The notes under the pieces are model-generated. The model was not told the DNA's origin and did no database searches. It worked only from the letters and a program-made list of their open reading frames with translations. A stretch of 64,000 nucleotides of DNA. It comes from a bacterium. GTDB lineage: Bacteria > UBA8248. The position numbers were made by a program, and so were the translations under genes. Position 1 is the stretch's first letter; each line of letters starts with the position of its first letter. Below, piece by piece: positions 28,422 through 40,252 of this stretch. The stretch is taken from positions 224,001 to 288,000 of the forward strand of contig OZ244799.1 of the NCBI GenBank assembly GCA_965219955.1, read 5' to 3'.

Positions 28422-28889
28422 ATGGCGAGAAGAAAAAGAGCCACGAAAAGAGTTGTTTTGCCGGATCCGAAGTTCAACGACCGGCTGGTGACCAAGTTCA
28501 TCAACTCCTTGATGCTCAAGGGGAAGAAGAGCCTGGCCGAGCGCGTGTTCTACGGGGCGATGGACGTGGTGGAGGAGAAGATGAAGGAAGACCCCATCAA
28601 GGTGTTCAAGCGCGCCATGGACAACGTGAAGCCCGCGCTCGAAGTCCGCTCCAGGCGCGTGGGAGGCGCGACCTACCAGGTGCCCGTGGAGGTGCGGCCC
28701 GACAGGCGCACGGCGCTGAGCATCCGCTGGATCATCCAGAACGCCCGGAGCCGGGACAGAAGGATAGCGAACGGCCTCGCCGCCGAGATCATGGACGCCG
28801 CGAACGATACGGGAGGCGCCGTTCGCCTCAGGGAAAACACGCACCGCATGGCGGAGGCGAACAAGGCCTTCGCCCATTATCGTTGGTAG
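28422..28889 (+). CDS. rpsG: 30S ribosomal protein S7
   Basis: [22 protein letters not shown]. Confidence 0.99.
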   Translation: MARRKRATKRVVLPDPKFNDRLVTKFINSLMLKGKKSLAERVFYGAMDVVEEKMKEDPIKVFKRAMDNVKPALEVRSRRVGGATYQVPVEVRPDRRTALSIRWIIQNARSRDRRIANGLAAEIMDAANDTGGAVRLRENTHRMAEANKAFAHYRW

Positions 28890-28910
28890 GCTCGAGGGAA
28901 GGATAGAACC

Positions 28911-31016
28911 GTGCCCAGCGAAGCGCTCAGCAAAACGAGAAACATCGGCATCATGGCGCACATCGATGCCGGCAAGACGACGACGACAGAGCGCATCCTC
29001 TTCTACACGGGCAGGACCCACAAGATGGGCGAGGTGCACGACGGCGCGGCCACCATGGACTGGATGGCGCAGGAACAGGAACGCGGCATCACCATCACCT
29101 CCGCGGCCACGCGCTGCGCCTGGAACGATCACGTCATCAACATCATCGACACGCCCGGCCACGTGGACTTCACGGCGGAGGTGGAGAGAAGCTTGCGCGT
29201 CCTCGACGGCGCGGTGGCGGTGTTCTGCGCCGTGGGCGGCGTGGAGCCGCAAAGCGAGACGGTCTGGCGTCAGGCGGAAAAATACGGCGTGCCGCGCCTC
29301 GTGTTCGTCAACAAGATGGACAGGACGGGCGCGGATTTCGAAAGGGTGGTGGGCGAAGTGAGAGAACGCCTCGCCGCGAACCCGCTCGTGCTGCAACTGC
29401 CGATAGGGGCGGAGGAGAATTTCGCCGGCATGGTGGACCTCGTGACCATGAAGGCGCGGGTGTTCGACGACCCGATGGGCGCATCCTACGAAGAGGCGGA
29501 AGTGCCCGAGGACATGAGGGCGGAAGCCGATGATTTGAGAGAAAAGCTCTTCGACACGCTCTCGATGTTCGATGATTCACTGATGGAGAAATACCTGGAA
29601 GGCGAGGATATCTCACCCGAGGAGGTCCGGGCCGCGATTCGACAGGGAACGATCAGCGGCGAATTTGTTCCCGTCGTATGCGGCTCCGCGTTCAGGAACA
29701 AAGGCGTGCAACTCCTGCTCGACGCCATCGTCGACTACCTTCCGTCTCCTTTCGATATCCCCCCCGTTCAGGCCGTCTTGTCAGATGAAGACTTGGAACT
29801 GGGCAGAAAGCCCGAGGAAAGGGCGCCTTCGGACGATGACCCGCTCTGCGCGCTCACCTTCAAGGTAATGACGGACCCTTACGTGGGCCAACTGGTATTT
29901 ATCCGTATATATTCCGGTGTTCTGAAATCCGGTTCTTCCGTATTGAACACGATCACCGGCAAGCAGGAGCGCGTAGGGCGCCTCATGCGAATGCACGCGA
30001 ACAAGCGCGAAGAGATACAGGAGGCCCATGCAGGCGACATCGTCGCCGCCCTGGGCATCAAACAAGCCAAGACAGGCCATACCCTCTGCGCTCCTGCCCA
30101 CTCCATCCTTCTCGAAAGCATCAACTTCCCCGAACCCGTCATCTCCATCGCCATCGAGCCGAAGACGAAGTCCGACCAGGACAAGCTCGGCAACGCCTTG
30201 GCGAGGCTCTCGGACGAGGACCCGACCTTCCGGGTGCGCTCGGACGAGGAGACGGCGCAGACCATCCTCTCCGGCATGGGCGAGTTGCACCTGGAGATTC
30301 TGGTGGACAGGCTTTTCCGCGAATTCGCGCTCGAGGCCAGCGTGGGCAAGCCCCAGGTCGCCTACCGGGAGACGATTCGGGCCGAGGCCACCGCGCGCGG
30401 TCGCTTCGTGCGCCAGTCCGGCGGGCGCGGGCAGTTCGGGGACGTGGAGATCACCATCAGGCCGCTCGCTCCCGGCGACGGTTTTCAGTTCGTCAACAAG
30501 ATTGTGGGCGGCGTGATTCCGAGAGAATACATTCCGGCGGTCGAGAACGGCGTCAGGGAAGCCATGGAAAACGGGGTGATCGCCGGATACCCGTTGCTCG
30601 ACATCGAAGTCACGCTTTTCGATGGTTCGTTCCACCAGGTCGACAGCTCGGAGGTGGCCTTCAAGATCGCAGGCTCCATGGCTTTCCGGGAAGCCGCGAA
30701 GAAGGCGAAGCCCGTTCTTCTCGAACCCATCATGGACATGGAAGTGGTGTGTCCCGCGGATTTTCTGGGTGACGTCATGGGAGACCTCACTTCCCGGCGC
30801 GGGCGGATCCGCGAGATGGAAGACCGGGCGGGCGCCAAGGTGGTGAACGCCTCCGTTCCGCTCTCGGAAATGTTCGGTTATGCGACCGACGTACGATCGA
30901 TGACCCAGGGCAGGGCGACCTATACGATGCAGTTCGGTCGCTATGAAGAGATGCCGCGGCCGCTTGCCGAGGAGTTGATGGCGAAAAACGTAGGCACGGC
31001 AGTCGAAACAGCATAG
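28911..31016 (+). CDS. fusA: Elongation factor G
   Basis: [24 protein letters not shown]. Confidence 0.99.
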   Translation: MPSEALSKTRNIGIMAHIDAGKTTTTERILFYTGRTHKMGEVHDGAATMDWMAQEQERGITITSAATRCAWNDHVINIIDTPGHVDFTAEVERSLRVLDGAVAVFCAVGGVEPQSETVWRQAEKYGVPRLVFVNKMDRTGADFERVVGEVRERLAANPLVLQLPIGAEENFAGMVDLVTMKARVFDDPMGASYEEAEVPEDMRAEADDLREKLFDTLSMFDDSLMEKYLEGEDISPEEVRAAIRQGTISGEFVPVVCGSAFRNKGVQLLLDAIVDYLPSPFDIPPVQAVLSDEDLELGRKPEERAPSDDDPLCALTFKVMTDPYVGQLVFIRIYSGVLKSGSSVLNTITGKQERVGRLMRMHANKREEIQEAHAGDIVAALGIKQAKTGHTLCAPAHSILLESINFPEPVISIAIEPKTKSDQDKLGNALARLSDEDPTFRVRSDEETAQTILSGMGELHLEILVDRLFREFALEASVGKPQVAYRETIRAEATARGRFVRQSGGRGQFGDVEITIRPLAPGDGFQFVNKIVGGVIPREYIPAVENGVREAMENGVIAGYPLLDIEVTLFDGSFHQVDSSEVAFKIAGSMAFREAAKKAKPVLLEPIMDMEVVCPADFLGDVMGDLTSRRGRIREMEDRAGAKVVNASVPLSEMFGYATDVRSMTQGRATYTMQFGRYEEMPRPLAEELMAKNVGTAVETA

Positions 31017-31030
31017 ACGAGTATTTCGGG

Positions 31031-31064
31031 AGAGGGCGAGCATGAGCCGCCCTCTTTGAATTTT
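31031..31064 (+). terminator. Hairpin between fusA and tuf (possible weak terminator or processing stem)
   Basis: AGAGGGCG...CGCCCTCT followed by a T-rich tract. Confidence 0.4.
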
Positions 31065-31086
31065 CAACAGAAGGAGAAGGGAAGCC

Positions 31087-32265
31087 ATGGCGAAGGCGAA
31101 GTTTGAGCGCACGAAGCCGCACGTGAACGTAGGGACGATAGGGCACGTGGACCATGGGAAGACGACGCTGACGGCCGCGATCACGAGGCACCTCTCGCAG
31201 AAGGGGATGGCGGAGGAGATCGGGTTTGACGAGATCGACAAGGCGCCCGAAGAACGCGAGCGGGGTATCACGATAGCGACGGCGCACGTGGAATACGAGA
31301 CGGAGAACCGCCACTACGCGCACGTGGACTGTCCGGGCCATGCGGACTACGTGAAGAACATGATAACGGGCGCTGCGCAGATGGACGGCGCGATCCTGGT
31401 GGTATCCGCTGCGGACGGGCCGATGCCGCAGACGCGCGAGCACATCCTGCTGGCCCGCCAGGTGGGTGTTCCCTACATCTGCGTGTATCTGAATAAAGTG
31501 GACATGGTGGACGATGAGGAACTCCTGGAACTGGTGGAGCTCGAAGTCCGCGAGCTTCTCTCGACCTATGAGTTCCCGGGCGACGACATCCCGGTGGTGC
31601 CGGGTTCTGCGCTGCGGGCGCTCGAGGGGAGCGACACCTCCTCGATAGACGCGCTCATGGAGGCGGTGGACGGCTATATCCCCGAACCGGTTCGCGACGT
31701 CGATAAACCGTTCCTGATGCCGGTTGAGGACGTGTTTTCGATCTCGGGCCGCGGCACGGTGGCGACGGGCCGGGTGGAGCGGGGCATCGTGAACGTTGGG
31801 GATGAGGTGGAGATCGTGGGCATCACGGACACGCGGAAGACGGTGGCGACGGGCGTGGAGATGTTCCGGAAGCTACTGGACCAGGGCCAGGCGGGCGACA
31901 ACGTGGGCGTTCTGCTCAGGGGTGTCAAAAAAGACGAGATAGAACGCGGCCAGGTCCTGGCGCAGCCGGCGTCGATCATGCCGCACTTAAAGTTCAAGGG
32001 CGAGGTGTACATTCTGACGAAAGAAGAGGGTGGCCGGCACACGCCGTTTTTCAACGGCTACCGGCCGCAGTTTTATTTCCGGACGACGGACGTGACGGGT
32101 CTGGTGACGCTGCCCGAGGGCCGTGAGATGGTGATGCCCGGTGACAACGTGTCGCTGGACGTTGAGTTGATCACGCCGATAGCGATGGAGCGCGAGTTGC
32201 GCTTCGCGATACGCGAGGGGGGCCGCACGGTGGGGGCCGGCGTCGTCACAGAGGTCGTCGAGTAG
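31087..32265 (+). CDS. tuf: Elongation factor Tu (str-operon copy)
   Basis: Nearly identical to the 14886 copy (one E/Q difference). Confidence 0.99.
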   Translation: MAKAKFERTKPHVNVGTIGHVDHGKTTLTAAITRHLSQKGMAEEIGFDEIDKAPEERERGITIATAHVEYETENRHYAHVDCPGHADYVKNMITGAAQMDGAILVVSAADGPMPQTREHILLARQVGVPYICVYLNKVDMVDDEELLELVELEVRELLSTYEFPGDDIPVVPGSALRALEGSDTSSIDALMEAVDGYIPEPVRDVDKPFLMPVEDVFSISGRGTVATGRVERGIVNVGDEVEIVGITDTRKTVATGVEMFRKLLDQGQAGDNVGVLLRGVKKDEIERGQVLAQPASIMPHLKFKGEVYILTKEEGGRHTPFFNGYRPQFYFRTTDVTGLVTLPEGREMVMPGDNVSLDVELITPIAMERELRFAIREGGRTVGAGVVTEVVE

Positions 32266-32290
32266 AGCGATGGAAGGATAGCGGGAGAAA

Positions 32291-32599
32291 ATGAGCCAGA
32301 AGATTCGGATTCGACTGAAGGCTTACGATCACCGTCTGCTGGACCAATCGGTGGGCGAGATCGTCGATACGGTGAAGCGAACGGGAGCTTTGCTGGTGGG
32401 GCCGGTGCCGCTGCCCACTTCCATCAACAAGTACACGGTGCTGCGCGGCCCGCACATTGACAAGAAATCGAGAGAGCAGTTCGAGATCCGGACGCACAAG
32501 AGGCTCGTGGACATCATGGAGCCCACGCAGCAGACGGTGGATGCGCTCATGAAGCTGGAACTCGCCGCCGGTGTGGACGTCGAGATCAAGCTGAACTAG
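32291..32599 (+). CDS. rpsJ: 30S ribosomal protein S10
   Basis: [16 protein letters not shown]. Confidence 0.99.
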   Translation: MSQKIRIRLKAYDHRLLDQSVGEIVDTVKRTGALLVGPVPLPTSINKYTVLRGPHIDKKSREQFEIRTHKRLVDIMEPTQQTVDALMKLELAAGVDVEIKLN

Positions 32600-32612
32600 A
32601 CGGGATGATGTG

Positions 32613-33326
32613 ATGCAATTTTTACTTGGCCGAAAACTCGGTATGACCCAGGTGTTCTCGCCGGATGGCGGAGCGATTTCGGTGACGGTGGTCGAGGCGG
32701 GTCCTTGCACCGTCGTGCAGCGCAAGACCGAGGAGAACGACGGCTATGCGGCCGTTCAACTCGGGTATATGCCCCGAAAGGAGAAAGGTCTCTCGAAAGC
32801 GGCCCTGGGGCATTTCCAAAAGGCGGGCACACAGCCTTTTCGCTACCTCAGGGAAGTTCCGCTGGAGGAAGAGGACGCCGGGCTCGAAGCCGGCAGCCTC
32901 CTCGACGTGACGATATTCGATCGCGGCGACCGGCTCGACGTGACGGGCACGAGCAAGGGCCGCGGTTTCGCCGGGGTGGTGAAGCGTCATGGATTCGGCG
33001 GCGGGCCGGCCTCTCACGGCGGCATGTTCGATCGCCTGCCCGGTGCGATGGGGGCATCTGCGTATCCCTCGAAAATCATCAAGGGCAAGAAAATGCCGGG
33101 TCAGATGGGGAACGAGAAGGTCACCACGCAGGGGCTTTTGGTGGTGGACGTCATCCCCGAGGAGAATCTGCTTCTGCTCAGAGGCGCGGTGCCCGGGGCG
33201 AACAATGGATTTGTGGTTTTGCGCAAGAGCGTCAAGGGCAACAGGGGCGGGCTGGAAAAACCGAAAGAGCAAGCCAGGAGCCTGAATCCCCTGAAGGCTT
33301 CCAAGCGGGCCGCACGAGGGAGTTGA
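32613..33326 (+). CDS. rplC: 50S ribosomal protein L3
   Basis: KLGMTQVF, SKGRGFAGVVKRH. Confidence 0.99.
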   Translation: MQFLLGRKLGMTQVFSPDGGAISVTVVEAGPCTVVQRKTEENDGYAAVQLGYMPRKEKGLSKAALGHFQKAGTQPFRYLREVPLEEEDAGLEAGSLLDVTIFDRGDRLDVTGTSKGRGFAGVVKRHGFGGGPASHGGMFDRLPGAMGASAYPSKIIKGKKMPGQMGNEKVTTQGLLVVDVIPEENLLLLRGAVPGANNGFVVLRKSVKGNRGGLEKPKEQARSLNPLKASKRAARGS

Positions 33327-33334
33327 GGAACGAG

Positions 33335-33961
33335 ATGCCCCAGATTGATGTGTATGACCTGGAAGGTCAGGTGGTGGAGCAGATGGATCTGCCCGAGTCC
33401 GTTTTCGACGGGGAGGTCAGGATGCACCTCATTCACCAGATGGTGAAGGCGCAACTCGCGGGGCGGCGCGCAGGCACGCACTCGACGCTGACGCGCAAGG
33501 AAGTGCACGGCACGGGCGCGAAACCCTTCCGGCAAAAGGGCGGGGGACGCGCGCGCGCGGGCGACGTCAAATCCCCGATATGGCGCCACGGCGGGGTCAC
33601 CTTCGGCCCCAAGCCGCGTGATTACAGCCAGAAGATGAACAAGAAGATGAAAAGCGGCGCATTGAGAAGCGCTCTCAACCTGAAGTGGAAAGAAGGGAAG
33701 CTGCTCATCGTGCGCGACCTCAATTTACCCGAGCCGAAAACGCGCCTCATGGTGGAAGTCATCGGGAACCTGAACCTGGGGCGGAAGGCGCTGATCGTGG
33801 ATGACGGGGGCGAGCGGAATTTTGAACTGGCGACGAGAAACATCAAGGGCGCGAAGCCGATGAAACCCGAAGGCCTGAACGTATACGACATCATGGGCCA
33901 CGAGCACCTCGTTTGCACCAAGGGCGCGCTCGACGGCATATCGGAAAGGTTGGCGGGCTAG
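33335..33961 (+). CDS. rplD: 50S ribosomal protein L4
   Basis: KPFRQKGGGRARAG, GGVTFGPKPRDY. Confidence 0.99.
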   Translation: MPQIDVYDLEGQVVEQMDLPESVFDGEVRMHLIHQMVKAQLAGRRAGTHSTLTRKEVHGTGAKPFRQKGGGRARAGDVKSPIWRHGGVTFGPKPRDYSQKMNKKMKSGALRSALNLKWKEGKLLIVRDLNLPEPKTRLMVEVIGNLNLGRKALIVDDGGERNFELATRNIKGAKPMKPEGLNVYDIMGHEHLVCTKGALDGISERLAG

Positions 33962-33964
33962 GAC

Positions 33965-34252
33965 ATGGAAAACACATCCATCATTCGCAGACCCTGCGTG
34001 ACGGAAAAAAGCATCGCGAGCACCGAGGAGGCGAACAAGGTCGTCTTCGAGGTCGCCGTCGGCGCCAACAAGATAGAGATAAAAAAGGCGGTGCAGGAGC
34101 TGTTCGGCGTCACGGTGCTGAACGTGAATACGATGCGGGTGCCCGGCAAGAAGGTTCGCATGGGCCGCCACCAGGGCGCCAAGCCAGCATGGAAAAAAGC
34201 GATTGTGACGCTGCGCGAAGGCGACACCATCGAGTTTTTTGAATCTGCTTAG
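33965..34252 (+). CDS. rplW: 50S ribosomal protein L23
   Basis: [15 protein letters not shown]. Confidence 0.98.
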   Translation: MENTSIIRRPCVTEKSIASTEEANKVVFEVAVGANKIEIKKAVQELFGVTVLNVNTMRVPGKKVRMGRHQGAKPAWKKAIVTLREGDTIEFFESA

Positions 34253-34269
34253 TTTTTGAGGCGAGAGCT

Positions 34270-35100
34270 ATGCCGGTAAAAAAATACAAGCCGACTTCTC
34301 CGGGGCGGAGATTCCAAGACGTTCTCCTGAGAGAGGAGATCACGACGGACCGGCCCGAGAAGTCCCTGACCAAGGGGTTGTCGAAATCCGGCGGAAGAAA
34401 CAACCACGGCCGCATCACCACCTATCAGAGGGGCGGGGGCCACAAGCGCCGCTACCGGGTGGTGGATTTCCGGCGCGAGAAGACCGGCGTACCCGGCAAG
34501 GTGCGCTCGATCGAATACGACCCGAACCGCTCGGCGCGGCTGGCGCTCATCGTCTATCTGGACGGGGAGAAGCGCTACATCATCGCGCCCGACGGCCTGG
34601 AAGTGGGCGCGACCGTCAGTTCCGGACCGGACGCGGAGATTCGCACCGGCAACGCGCTGCCCGTGGAGCGGATTCCGCTGGGCACCACGTGCCACAACAT
34701 CGAGATGAAGCCCGGGCGCGGCGGGCAAATCGCCCGCAGTGCGGGCGTGAGCGCCCAGCTCATGGCGAAGGAGGGGGATTACGCCCAGTTTCGGCTCTCC
34801 TCCGGCGAGGTGCGGATGATCCACCTGTCGTGCTACGCCACGATTGGCGAGGTCGGAAATTCCGACCACAGCAACGTGAGCCTGGGCAAGGCGGGGCGCA
34901 AGCGCTGGCTGGGCCGTCGTCCCAACGTCCGCGGCGTGGCCATGAACCCGGTGGATCACCCCCTGGGCGGCGGCGAGGGCAAGAGTTCGGGAGGCAGGCA
35001 CCCGGTGACCCCGTGGGGCAAGCCGACGAAAGGGTACAAGACGCGCAAGAAGGATAAGCCTTCTTCCAAATTCATCGTGCGGCGAAGAAAATCCAGGTAG
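34270..35100 (+). CDS. rplB: 50S ribosomal protein L2
   Basis: [19 protein letters not shown]. Confidence 0.99.
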   Translation: MPVKKYKPTSPGRRFQDVLLREEITTDRPEKSLTKGLSKSGGRNNHGRITTYQRGGGHKRRYRVVDFRREKTGVPGKVRSIEYDPNRSARLALIVYLDGEKRYIIAPDGLEVGATVSSGPDAEIRTGNALPVERIPLGTTCHNIEMKPGRGGQIARSAGVSAQLMAKEGDYAQFRLSSGEVRMIHLSCYATIGEVGNSDHSNVSLGKAGRKRWLGRRPNVRGVAMNPVDHPLGGGEGKSSGGRHPVTPWGKPTKGYKTRKKDKPSSKFIVRRRKSR

Positions 35101-35126
35101 CCGGATATCAGGGAGATTGGATAGCG

Positions 35127-35411
35127 ATGCCACGTTCTCTTCACAAGGGCCCATTCGTAGACGCTCACCTTCGCAAGAAAGTGGAGGCGATGGACGAGAG
35201 CGGCGAGAAGCGGATGATCAGGACCTGGTCGAGGCGCTCCACCATCGTGCCGGATTTCGTGGGCCATACGTTCGCCGTGCACAACGGCAAGAAATTCATA
35301 CCCGTGTACGTTACGGAGAACATGGTGGGCTTCAAGCTCGGGGATTTTTCTCCCACCCGCACGTTCCGCTCGCACTCGGGAATGACGAAGCGGCAGGTTA
35401 CGCTGAAATAG
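35127..35411 (+). CDS. rpsS: 30S ribosomal protein S19
   Basis: TWSRRS, VHNGK. Confidence 0.99.
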   Translation: MPRSLHKGPFVDAHLRKKVEAMDESGEKRMIRTWSRRSTIVPDFVGHTFAVHNGKKFIPVYVTENMVGFKLGDFSPTRTFRSHSGMTKRQVTLK

Positions 35412-35447
35412 GTGTTGGCGGATAAGGCGAAACAGGCAGGGAATGAC

Positions 35448-35783
35448 ATGTCCAAAGCGATTTTGAAATATTACCGGGCCAAGCCGCGCAAGACGCGCCA
35501 GGTTGCGGACATGATCCGCGGCAAGCGGGTCGCGGACGCCCTCAACCTTTTGCGCCTGTCCACGCGTTCATCGGCCAAGGTGGTGGAGAAGGTTCTTCTC
35601 TCCGCGCTCGCGAACGCCACCGACAAGGGTGAACACGACGATCCCGAAGGCCTCATCGTGAAGAGCATTCGGGTGGACGTGGGGCCGACGCTCAAGCGGT
35701 TCCGGGCGCGGGCGCGCGGGCGCATCGGCCGCGTCAAGCACAGAAGTTGCCACATTCGCGTGGATATCGGCGAAGCGAGCTAG
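35448..35783 (+). CDS. rplV: 50S ribosomal protein L22
   Basis: PRKTRQVADMIRG, GPTLKRF; synteny. Confidence 0.97.
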   Translation: MSKAILKYYRAKPRKTRQVADMIRGKRVADALNLLRLSTRSSAKVVEKVLLSALANATDKGEHDDPEGLIVKSIRVDVGPTLKRFRARARGRIGRVKHRSCHIRVDIGEAS

Positions 35784-35792
35784 GGAGATACT

Positions 35793-36455
35793 ATGGGTCA
35801 AAAAGTTCACCCCATCGGTTTTCGGGTCGGCATCACCAGAGGCTGGAATTCGCACTGGTTCGCCAAGCACAATTTCGGCGACCTGCTCCTGGACGATCTG
35901 CGCATCCGCAAGTACGTGAAGGATCGCCTCTCGCACGCAGGCGTGAGCAACGTGGAGATAGAGCGCGCCAGCGAGCGTGCGCGCATCAACATCTGGACGG
36001 CCCGGCCGGGCATCATCATCGGGAAGCGCGGTGCGGAGGTCGACAGGCTGAAGGCGGATTTGCAGGAGCTCACCGGCAACCAGGTGAACGTGAACATCAA
36101 GGAAGTGCGCAAGGCCGAGATGGACGCCCAGCTCGTAGCGGAGAACATCGCCATGCAGCTCGAGCGCCGGATCGCCTTTCGCCGCGCGATGAAAAAAGCG
36201 GTGACCTCGGCCCTTCGCTTCGGCGCCAAGGGCGTGAAGATACAGTGCTCCGGCAGGCTCGGGGGCGCCGAGATTGCGCGGACCGAATGGTACAGGGAGG
36301 GGCGCGTTCCCCTGCAGACCCTTCGCGCGGACATCGACTACGGATTCGCCGAAGGCAAGACGACATACGGGATCATCGGGGTCAAGGTCTGGATATTCAG
36401 GGGCGAAATGATCCGTCAGGCGAGAAGAACGCCTTCCCAGACGCTGGGTTCGTAA
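35793..36455 (+). CDS. rpsC: 30S ribosomal protein S3
   Basis: [25 protein letters not shown]. Confidence 0.99.
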   Translation: MGQKVHPIGFRVGITRGWNSHWFAKHNFGDLLLDDLRIRKYVKDRLSHAGVSNVEIERASERARINIWTARPGIIIGKRGAEVDRLKADLQELTGNQVNVNIKEVRKAEMDAQLVAENIAMQLERRIAFRRAMKKAVTSALRFGAKGVKIQCSGRLGGAEIARTEWYREGRVPLQTLRADIDYGFAEGKTTYGIIGVKVWIFRGEMIRQARRTPSQTLGS

Positions 36456-36475
36456 CAGGCGCTTAGGAGCGAGAC

Positions 36476-36883
36476 ATGCTGCAACCGAAAAGAACGAAGT
36501 TCAGAAAGATGCAGAAGGGGCGTCTGGACGGCAAGGCCCAGCGCGGCTCGACGCTCTCGTTCGGTTCCTACGGGCTTCAGACTCTGGAGACGACGCACAT
36601 CACGGCGCGCCAGATCGAGGCGGCGCGTATCGCCATGACGCGCCACGTCAAGCGCGGCGGACGGATATGGATTCGTCTTTTCCCGGATAAACCCATGTGC
36701 AAGAAGCCGGCCGAGGTTCGCATGGGCAAGGGCAAGGGCTCGCCCGAATACTGGGTGGCGCCCGTGCGCGCGGGCCGGATTCTCTACGAGATGGATGGCG
36801 TCGCCGATGATGTCGCCCGCGAAGCGCTTCGTCTGGCCGCCCAGAAGCTGCCCTGTAAAACCAGGATAGTGACCTCTTCCTGA
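36476..36883 (+). CDS. rplP: 50S ribosomal protein L16
   Basis: [18 protein letters not shown]. Confidence 0.99.
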   Translation: MLQPKRTKFRKMQKGRLDGKAQRGSTLSFGSYGLQTLETTHITARQIEAARIAMTRHVKRGGRIWIRLFPDKPMCKKPAEVRMGKGKGSPEYWVAPVRAGRILYEMDGVADDVAREALRLAAQKLPCKTRIVTSS

Positions 36884-36896
36884 GGGGGATGATGGC

Positions 36897-37118
36897 GTGA
36901 AATACAGCGAGGTCCTCGAGTTGAGCGATGATGAGCTCGAGTTCAAGGAAAAGGAATTACGTCAGGAGTTGTTCAACCTGCGCTTTCGAAAGGCGACGGG
37001 CCAATTGGACAACACGGCGCGCATCGGTCTGCTCAAGCGGGATTTGGCGCGGGTGCTGACTTCAAAGCGCGAGCGAGAGGGAGCGCAGGCCGCAGGTGCT
37101 GAGGAAGAGGGATCTTAG
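36897..37118 (+). CDS. rpmC: 50S ribosomal protein L29
   Basis: ELFNLRFRKATGQL. Confidence 0.97.
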   Translation: MKYSEVLELSDDELEFKEKELRQELFNLRFRKATGQLDNTARIGLLKRDLARVLTSKREREGAQAAGAEEEGS

Positions 37119-37379
37119 ATGAGTCAGGTTCGGGGCAGGCGGAAGGTTCGGGAAGGAAGGGTCGTAAGCGACGTGATGGACAAGACCGTCACCGTCGAGG
37201 TGGTGCGTATGTTCAAGCATACGACCTTCAAGCGCGTTGTGCGCAGGCGGAAGAAATACCTGGTCCACGATGAGGAGAACTCCCTGCATACGGGAGACAG
37301 GGTGCGCATCATCGAAACCAGGCCGCTCAGCCGGAGGAAGCGCTGGCGTCTTCTGGATGTGATTGATCGCAGCAAGTAG
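37119..37379 (+). CDS. rpsQ: 30S ribosomal protein S17
   Basis: GRVVSDVMDKT, ETRPLSR. Confidence 0.98.
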   Translation: MSQVRGRRKVREGRVVSDVMDKTVTVEVVRMFKHTTFKRVVRRRKKYLVHDEENSLHTGDRVRIIETRPLSRRKRWRLLDVIDRSK

Positions 37380-37391
37380 GGAACCGGAAAA

Positions 37392-37760
37392 ATGATTCAG
37401 GTCGAAACAATGTGCGGCGTGGCGGACAATTCAGGGGCGAAGCGCGCCCAGTGCATCAAGGTGTTGGGTGGTTCGCGCCGCCGGTATGCGCGGATCGGCG
37501 ACATCATCGTCGTGGCGATCAAGGAAGCCGTGCCGAACAGCCCCATCAAGAAGGGGGAGGTCAGGCGCGCCGTCGTCGTTCGGACCGTCAAGGAGACCGG
37601 GCGCGAGGACGGCACCTACATTCGCTTCGACGACAATGCCGTCGTCATCATCAATGAAGCGCGCGAGCCGATGGGGACGCGCATTTTCGGGCCCGTGGCC
37701 CGCGAGTTGCGGCGCAAGCGTTTCATGCGCATCGTTTCGCTCGCGCCTGAGGTTTTGTGA
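37392..37760 (+). CDS. rplN: 50S ribosomal protein L14
   Basis: ADNSGAK, SLAPEVL. Confidence 0.99.
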   Translation: MIQVETMCGVADNSGAKRAQCIKVLGGSRRRYARIGDIIVVAIKEAVPNSPIKKGEVRRAVVVRTVKETGREDGTYIRFDDNAVVIINEAREPMGTRIFGPVARELRRKRFMRIVSLAPEVL

Positions 37761-37768
37761 GGAACGAG

Positions 37769-38107
37769 ATGGGTTCGAACCCAAGGAAAACGCATGTGAA
37801 AAAAGGCGACATCGTTCAGGTGATCGCAGGCCGCGAGAAGGGAAAGACCGGCAAGGTGCTTCAGGTGCTCAAGGATGAAAACCGCGTGATCGTCGAGAAG
37901 GTGAACGTGGTGAAGCGGCACACGAAGCCGAGTCAGGGGCAGCAGCAGGGGGGTATTCTGGAGCGGGAGGGAAAGATTCATATTTCCAACGTCATGCCCG
38001 TGGACCCGAAGACCAACCAGCCCTCCCGGATCCGGAGAAAGCGGCTCGAAGACGGCGCTCACGTGCGCGTGACGCACAGCAGCGGCGAATTGCTCGATAC
38101 GGTGTAG
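37769..38107 (+). CDS. rplX: 50S ribosomal protein L24
   Basis: KKGDIVQVIAGREKGK, IHISNV. Confidence 0.98.
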   Translation: MGSNPRKTHVKKGDIVQVIAGREKGKTGKVLQVLKDENRVIVEKVNVVKRHTKPSQGQQQGGILEREGKIHISNVMPVDPKTNQPSRIRRKRLEDGAHVRVTHSSGELLDTV

Positions 38108-38131
38108 TTCAGGAGAAGGATTTTAATCGAA

Positions 38132-38683
38132 ATGGCGTACGTGCCCAGAATGTTGCAGTTTTACCGTGACGAAATCATGGAAAAACTCCGCAAGGAGTTT
38201 GAATACGCCAACGTCATGCAGATTCCACGGCTCATGAAAATCACGTTGAACATGGGGCTCGGGGAAGCCGTCCAGAATGCGGCAACTCTTGAAAACGGAG
38301 TGGCTGAATTGACGAGTATTGCGGGCCAGAAGCCCGTGATCACCCGCGCGAGAAAATCCATTGCGAATTTCAAGCTTCGCGAGGGGATGCCCATCGGAGC
38401 GATGGTGACGCTTCGCGGCGTGCGGATGTGGGATTTCATGGACTGCCTGGTGAACGTGGCGCTCCCGCGCGTGCGCGACTTCAGGGGCTTGAGCCCCAAA
38501 TCCTTCGATGGCCGCGGGAACTACAGCCTCGGGATTCGGGAGCAGATCATTTTTCCCGAGATCGATTTCGACAAGGTGGAGAGGTCCCGAGGCGTCGGGG
38601 TCGTCGTGAACACGTCGGCGGGAACGGACGAAGAGGGCAGGGCGCTGCTTCGCGAGTTGGGCGTTCCCTTCCGTGTGAATTAA
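38132..38683 (+). CDS. rplE: 50S ribosomal protein L5
   Basis: [16 protein letters not shown]. Confidence 0.99.
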   Translation: MAYVPRMLQFYRDEIMEKLRKEFEYANVMQIPRLMKITLNMGLGEAVQNAATLENGVAELTSIAGQKPVITRARKSIANFKLREGMPIGAMVTLRGVRMWDFMDCLVNVALPRVRDFRGLSPKSFDGRGNYSLGIREQIIFPEIDFDKVERSRGVGVVVNTSAGTDEEGRALLRELGVPFRVN

Positions 38684-38694
38684 GAGGAAATACA

Positions 38695-38880
38695 GTGGCG
38701 AAAAAGTGCTTGATTGCGAAACAGAAGAAGACGCCCAAGTTCGGCGTGCGGGCGTATAACCGCTGCCAGCGCTGCGGGCGTCCGCGGGGCTACTTGAGGC
38801 GTTTCAAGATTTGTCGAATCTGCTTCCGTGAATTGTCGCTCAAGGGCGAGATTCCGGGCGTCACGAAATCGAGTTGGTAG
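38695..38880 (+). CDS. rpsN: 30S ribosomal protein S14 (zinc-binding, 61 aa)
   Basis: RCQRCGRPR...CRICFR. Confidence 0.97.
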   Translation: MAKKCLIAKQKKTPKFGVRAYNRCQRCGRPRGYLRRFKICRICFRELSLKGEIPGVTKSSW

Positions 38881-38896
38881 TCGGAGAGCAAAGAAT

Positions 38897-39298
38897 ATGA
38901 GCATGACGGATCCCATTGCCGATCTTCTGACGCGCATTCGCAATGCGGTGCGCGCGGGTCATGAAAGCGTCGTGATTCCGGGCAGCGAGCTCAAGGCGCG
39001 AGTCGTCGGAATCCTGAAGTCCCAGGGCTACATCAAAGGCTACGACATCGAGCCCGGGCCTGCCGGACAGACGCAGATCAAGGTGGAACTCAAACCGCCC
39101 CAGGACGGCAAGCTGGTGTTGAGCGGCCTCAAGCGCGTCAGCAAGCCCGGTCTTCGCGTATACGTGAACAAGGAGTCGGTCCCCAAGGTGCTCAACGGCA
39201 TGGGGATCGCCATTCTCACGACATCGCGAGGCGTGGTGACGGATGAGGAAGCGAGAAACCTGGGTGTGGGCGGTGAAGTTCTTTGTGAAATTTGGTGA
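38897..39298 (+). CDS. rpsH: 30S ribosomal protein S8
   Basis: DPIADLLTRIRNA, SKPGLRVY. Confidence 0.99.
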   Translation: MSMTDPIADLLTRIRNAVRAGHESVVIPGSELKARVVGILKSQGYIKGYDIEPGPAGQTQIKVELKPPQDGKLVLSGLKRVSKPGLRVYVNKESVPKVLNGMGIAILTTSRGVVTDEEARNLGVGGEVLCEIW

Positions 39299-39308
39299 GG
39301 TGGTTTGA

Positions 39309-39854
39309 ATGTCACGCATCGGAAAAATGCCGATTCCCATACCCTCGGGCGTGGAAGTGAAGCTCGATGGACGGCAAATCTTCGTCAAGGGGCCTCTGGG
39401 AGAACTCGATCTCGAGCTGCACCACAGGCCGAAGGTGGCGATTGATGACGGGAACGTCGTCGTCTCGCGCGTCAGCGAATCTCGCCAGGATAAATCGCTG
39501 CACGGCCTCACGCGCTCGCTGATCGCCAATATGGTCGAAGGCGTGACGAAAGGCTTCGAGAAGGAACTCGAGATCATCGGCCTGGGATACCGCGTGGAGG
39601 AGAAGGGCAAGGGAGTCGTCCTGAACGTGGGGTATTCGCATCCGGTGAGCATCGAACCGATCGAGGGCATCACCTTCGAGGTGCAGAGTGACCGGACGCG
39701 AACGGCGATCAAGGTGAAGGGCATCGACAAGCAGTTGGTGGGCTGGGTGGCCGCTGAAATCCGCAAGGTGAAGCCCCCCGAGCCGTACAAGGGGAAAGGC
39801 ATCCGCTATGCGGGCGAGACGGTTCGCCGCAAGGTCGGCAAGGCCGGCGTGTAG
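39309..39854 (+). CDS. rplF: 50S ribosomal protein L6
   Basis: MSRIGK, PEPYKGKGIRY. Confidence 0.99.
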   Translation: MSRIGKMPIPIPSGVEVKLDGRQIFVKGPLGELDLELHHRPKVAIDDGNVVVSRVSESRQDKSLHGLTRSLIANMVEGVTKGFEKELEIIGLGYRVEEKGKGVVLNVGYSHPVSIEPIEGITFEVQSDRTRTAIKVKGIDKQLVGWVAAEIRKVKPPEPYKGKGIRYAGETVRRKVGKAGV

Positions 39855-39871
39855 CGCGGGAGGTTTGAGAA

Positions 39872-40252
39872 GTGGGTCGACTGAGCAAGCTTGAGGCGAG
39901 ACTCAAGCGGAAGACGAGAATTCGCAAGAAGAGCCGCGGGACGGGTCAGCGTCCGCGTTTGACGGTTTTCAGGAGCGGCGCTCACATCTATGCCCAGATG
40001 ATAGATGACGTCACGGGCGAGACCCTGGCGGCGGCTTCCTCGCGTGAGAAGGATTTCGCATCCGAGGCGAAGGACGCCGAAAACGCGGGCGGGAGCAACG
40101 TGGCGGGCGCCGTGATCGTCGGCAAGCTGCTGGCTGGTCGCGCGAAGGCCAAGGGTGTGGAGAAAGTGGTTTTCGACCGCAACGGCTATCTCTATCATGG
40201 CCGCGTGAAGGCGCTGGCCGATAGTGTGAGAGAAACGGGGGTAAGTTTCTGA
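39872..40252 (+). CDS. rplR: 50S ribosomal protein L18
   Basis: [21 protein letters not shown]. Confidence 0.98.
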   Translation: MGRLSKLEARLKRKTRIRKKSRGTGQRPRLTVFRSGAHIYAQMIDDVTGETLAAASSREKDFASEAKDAENAGGSNVAGAVIVGKLLAGRAKAKGVEKVVFDRNGYLYHGRVKALADSVRETGVSF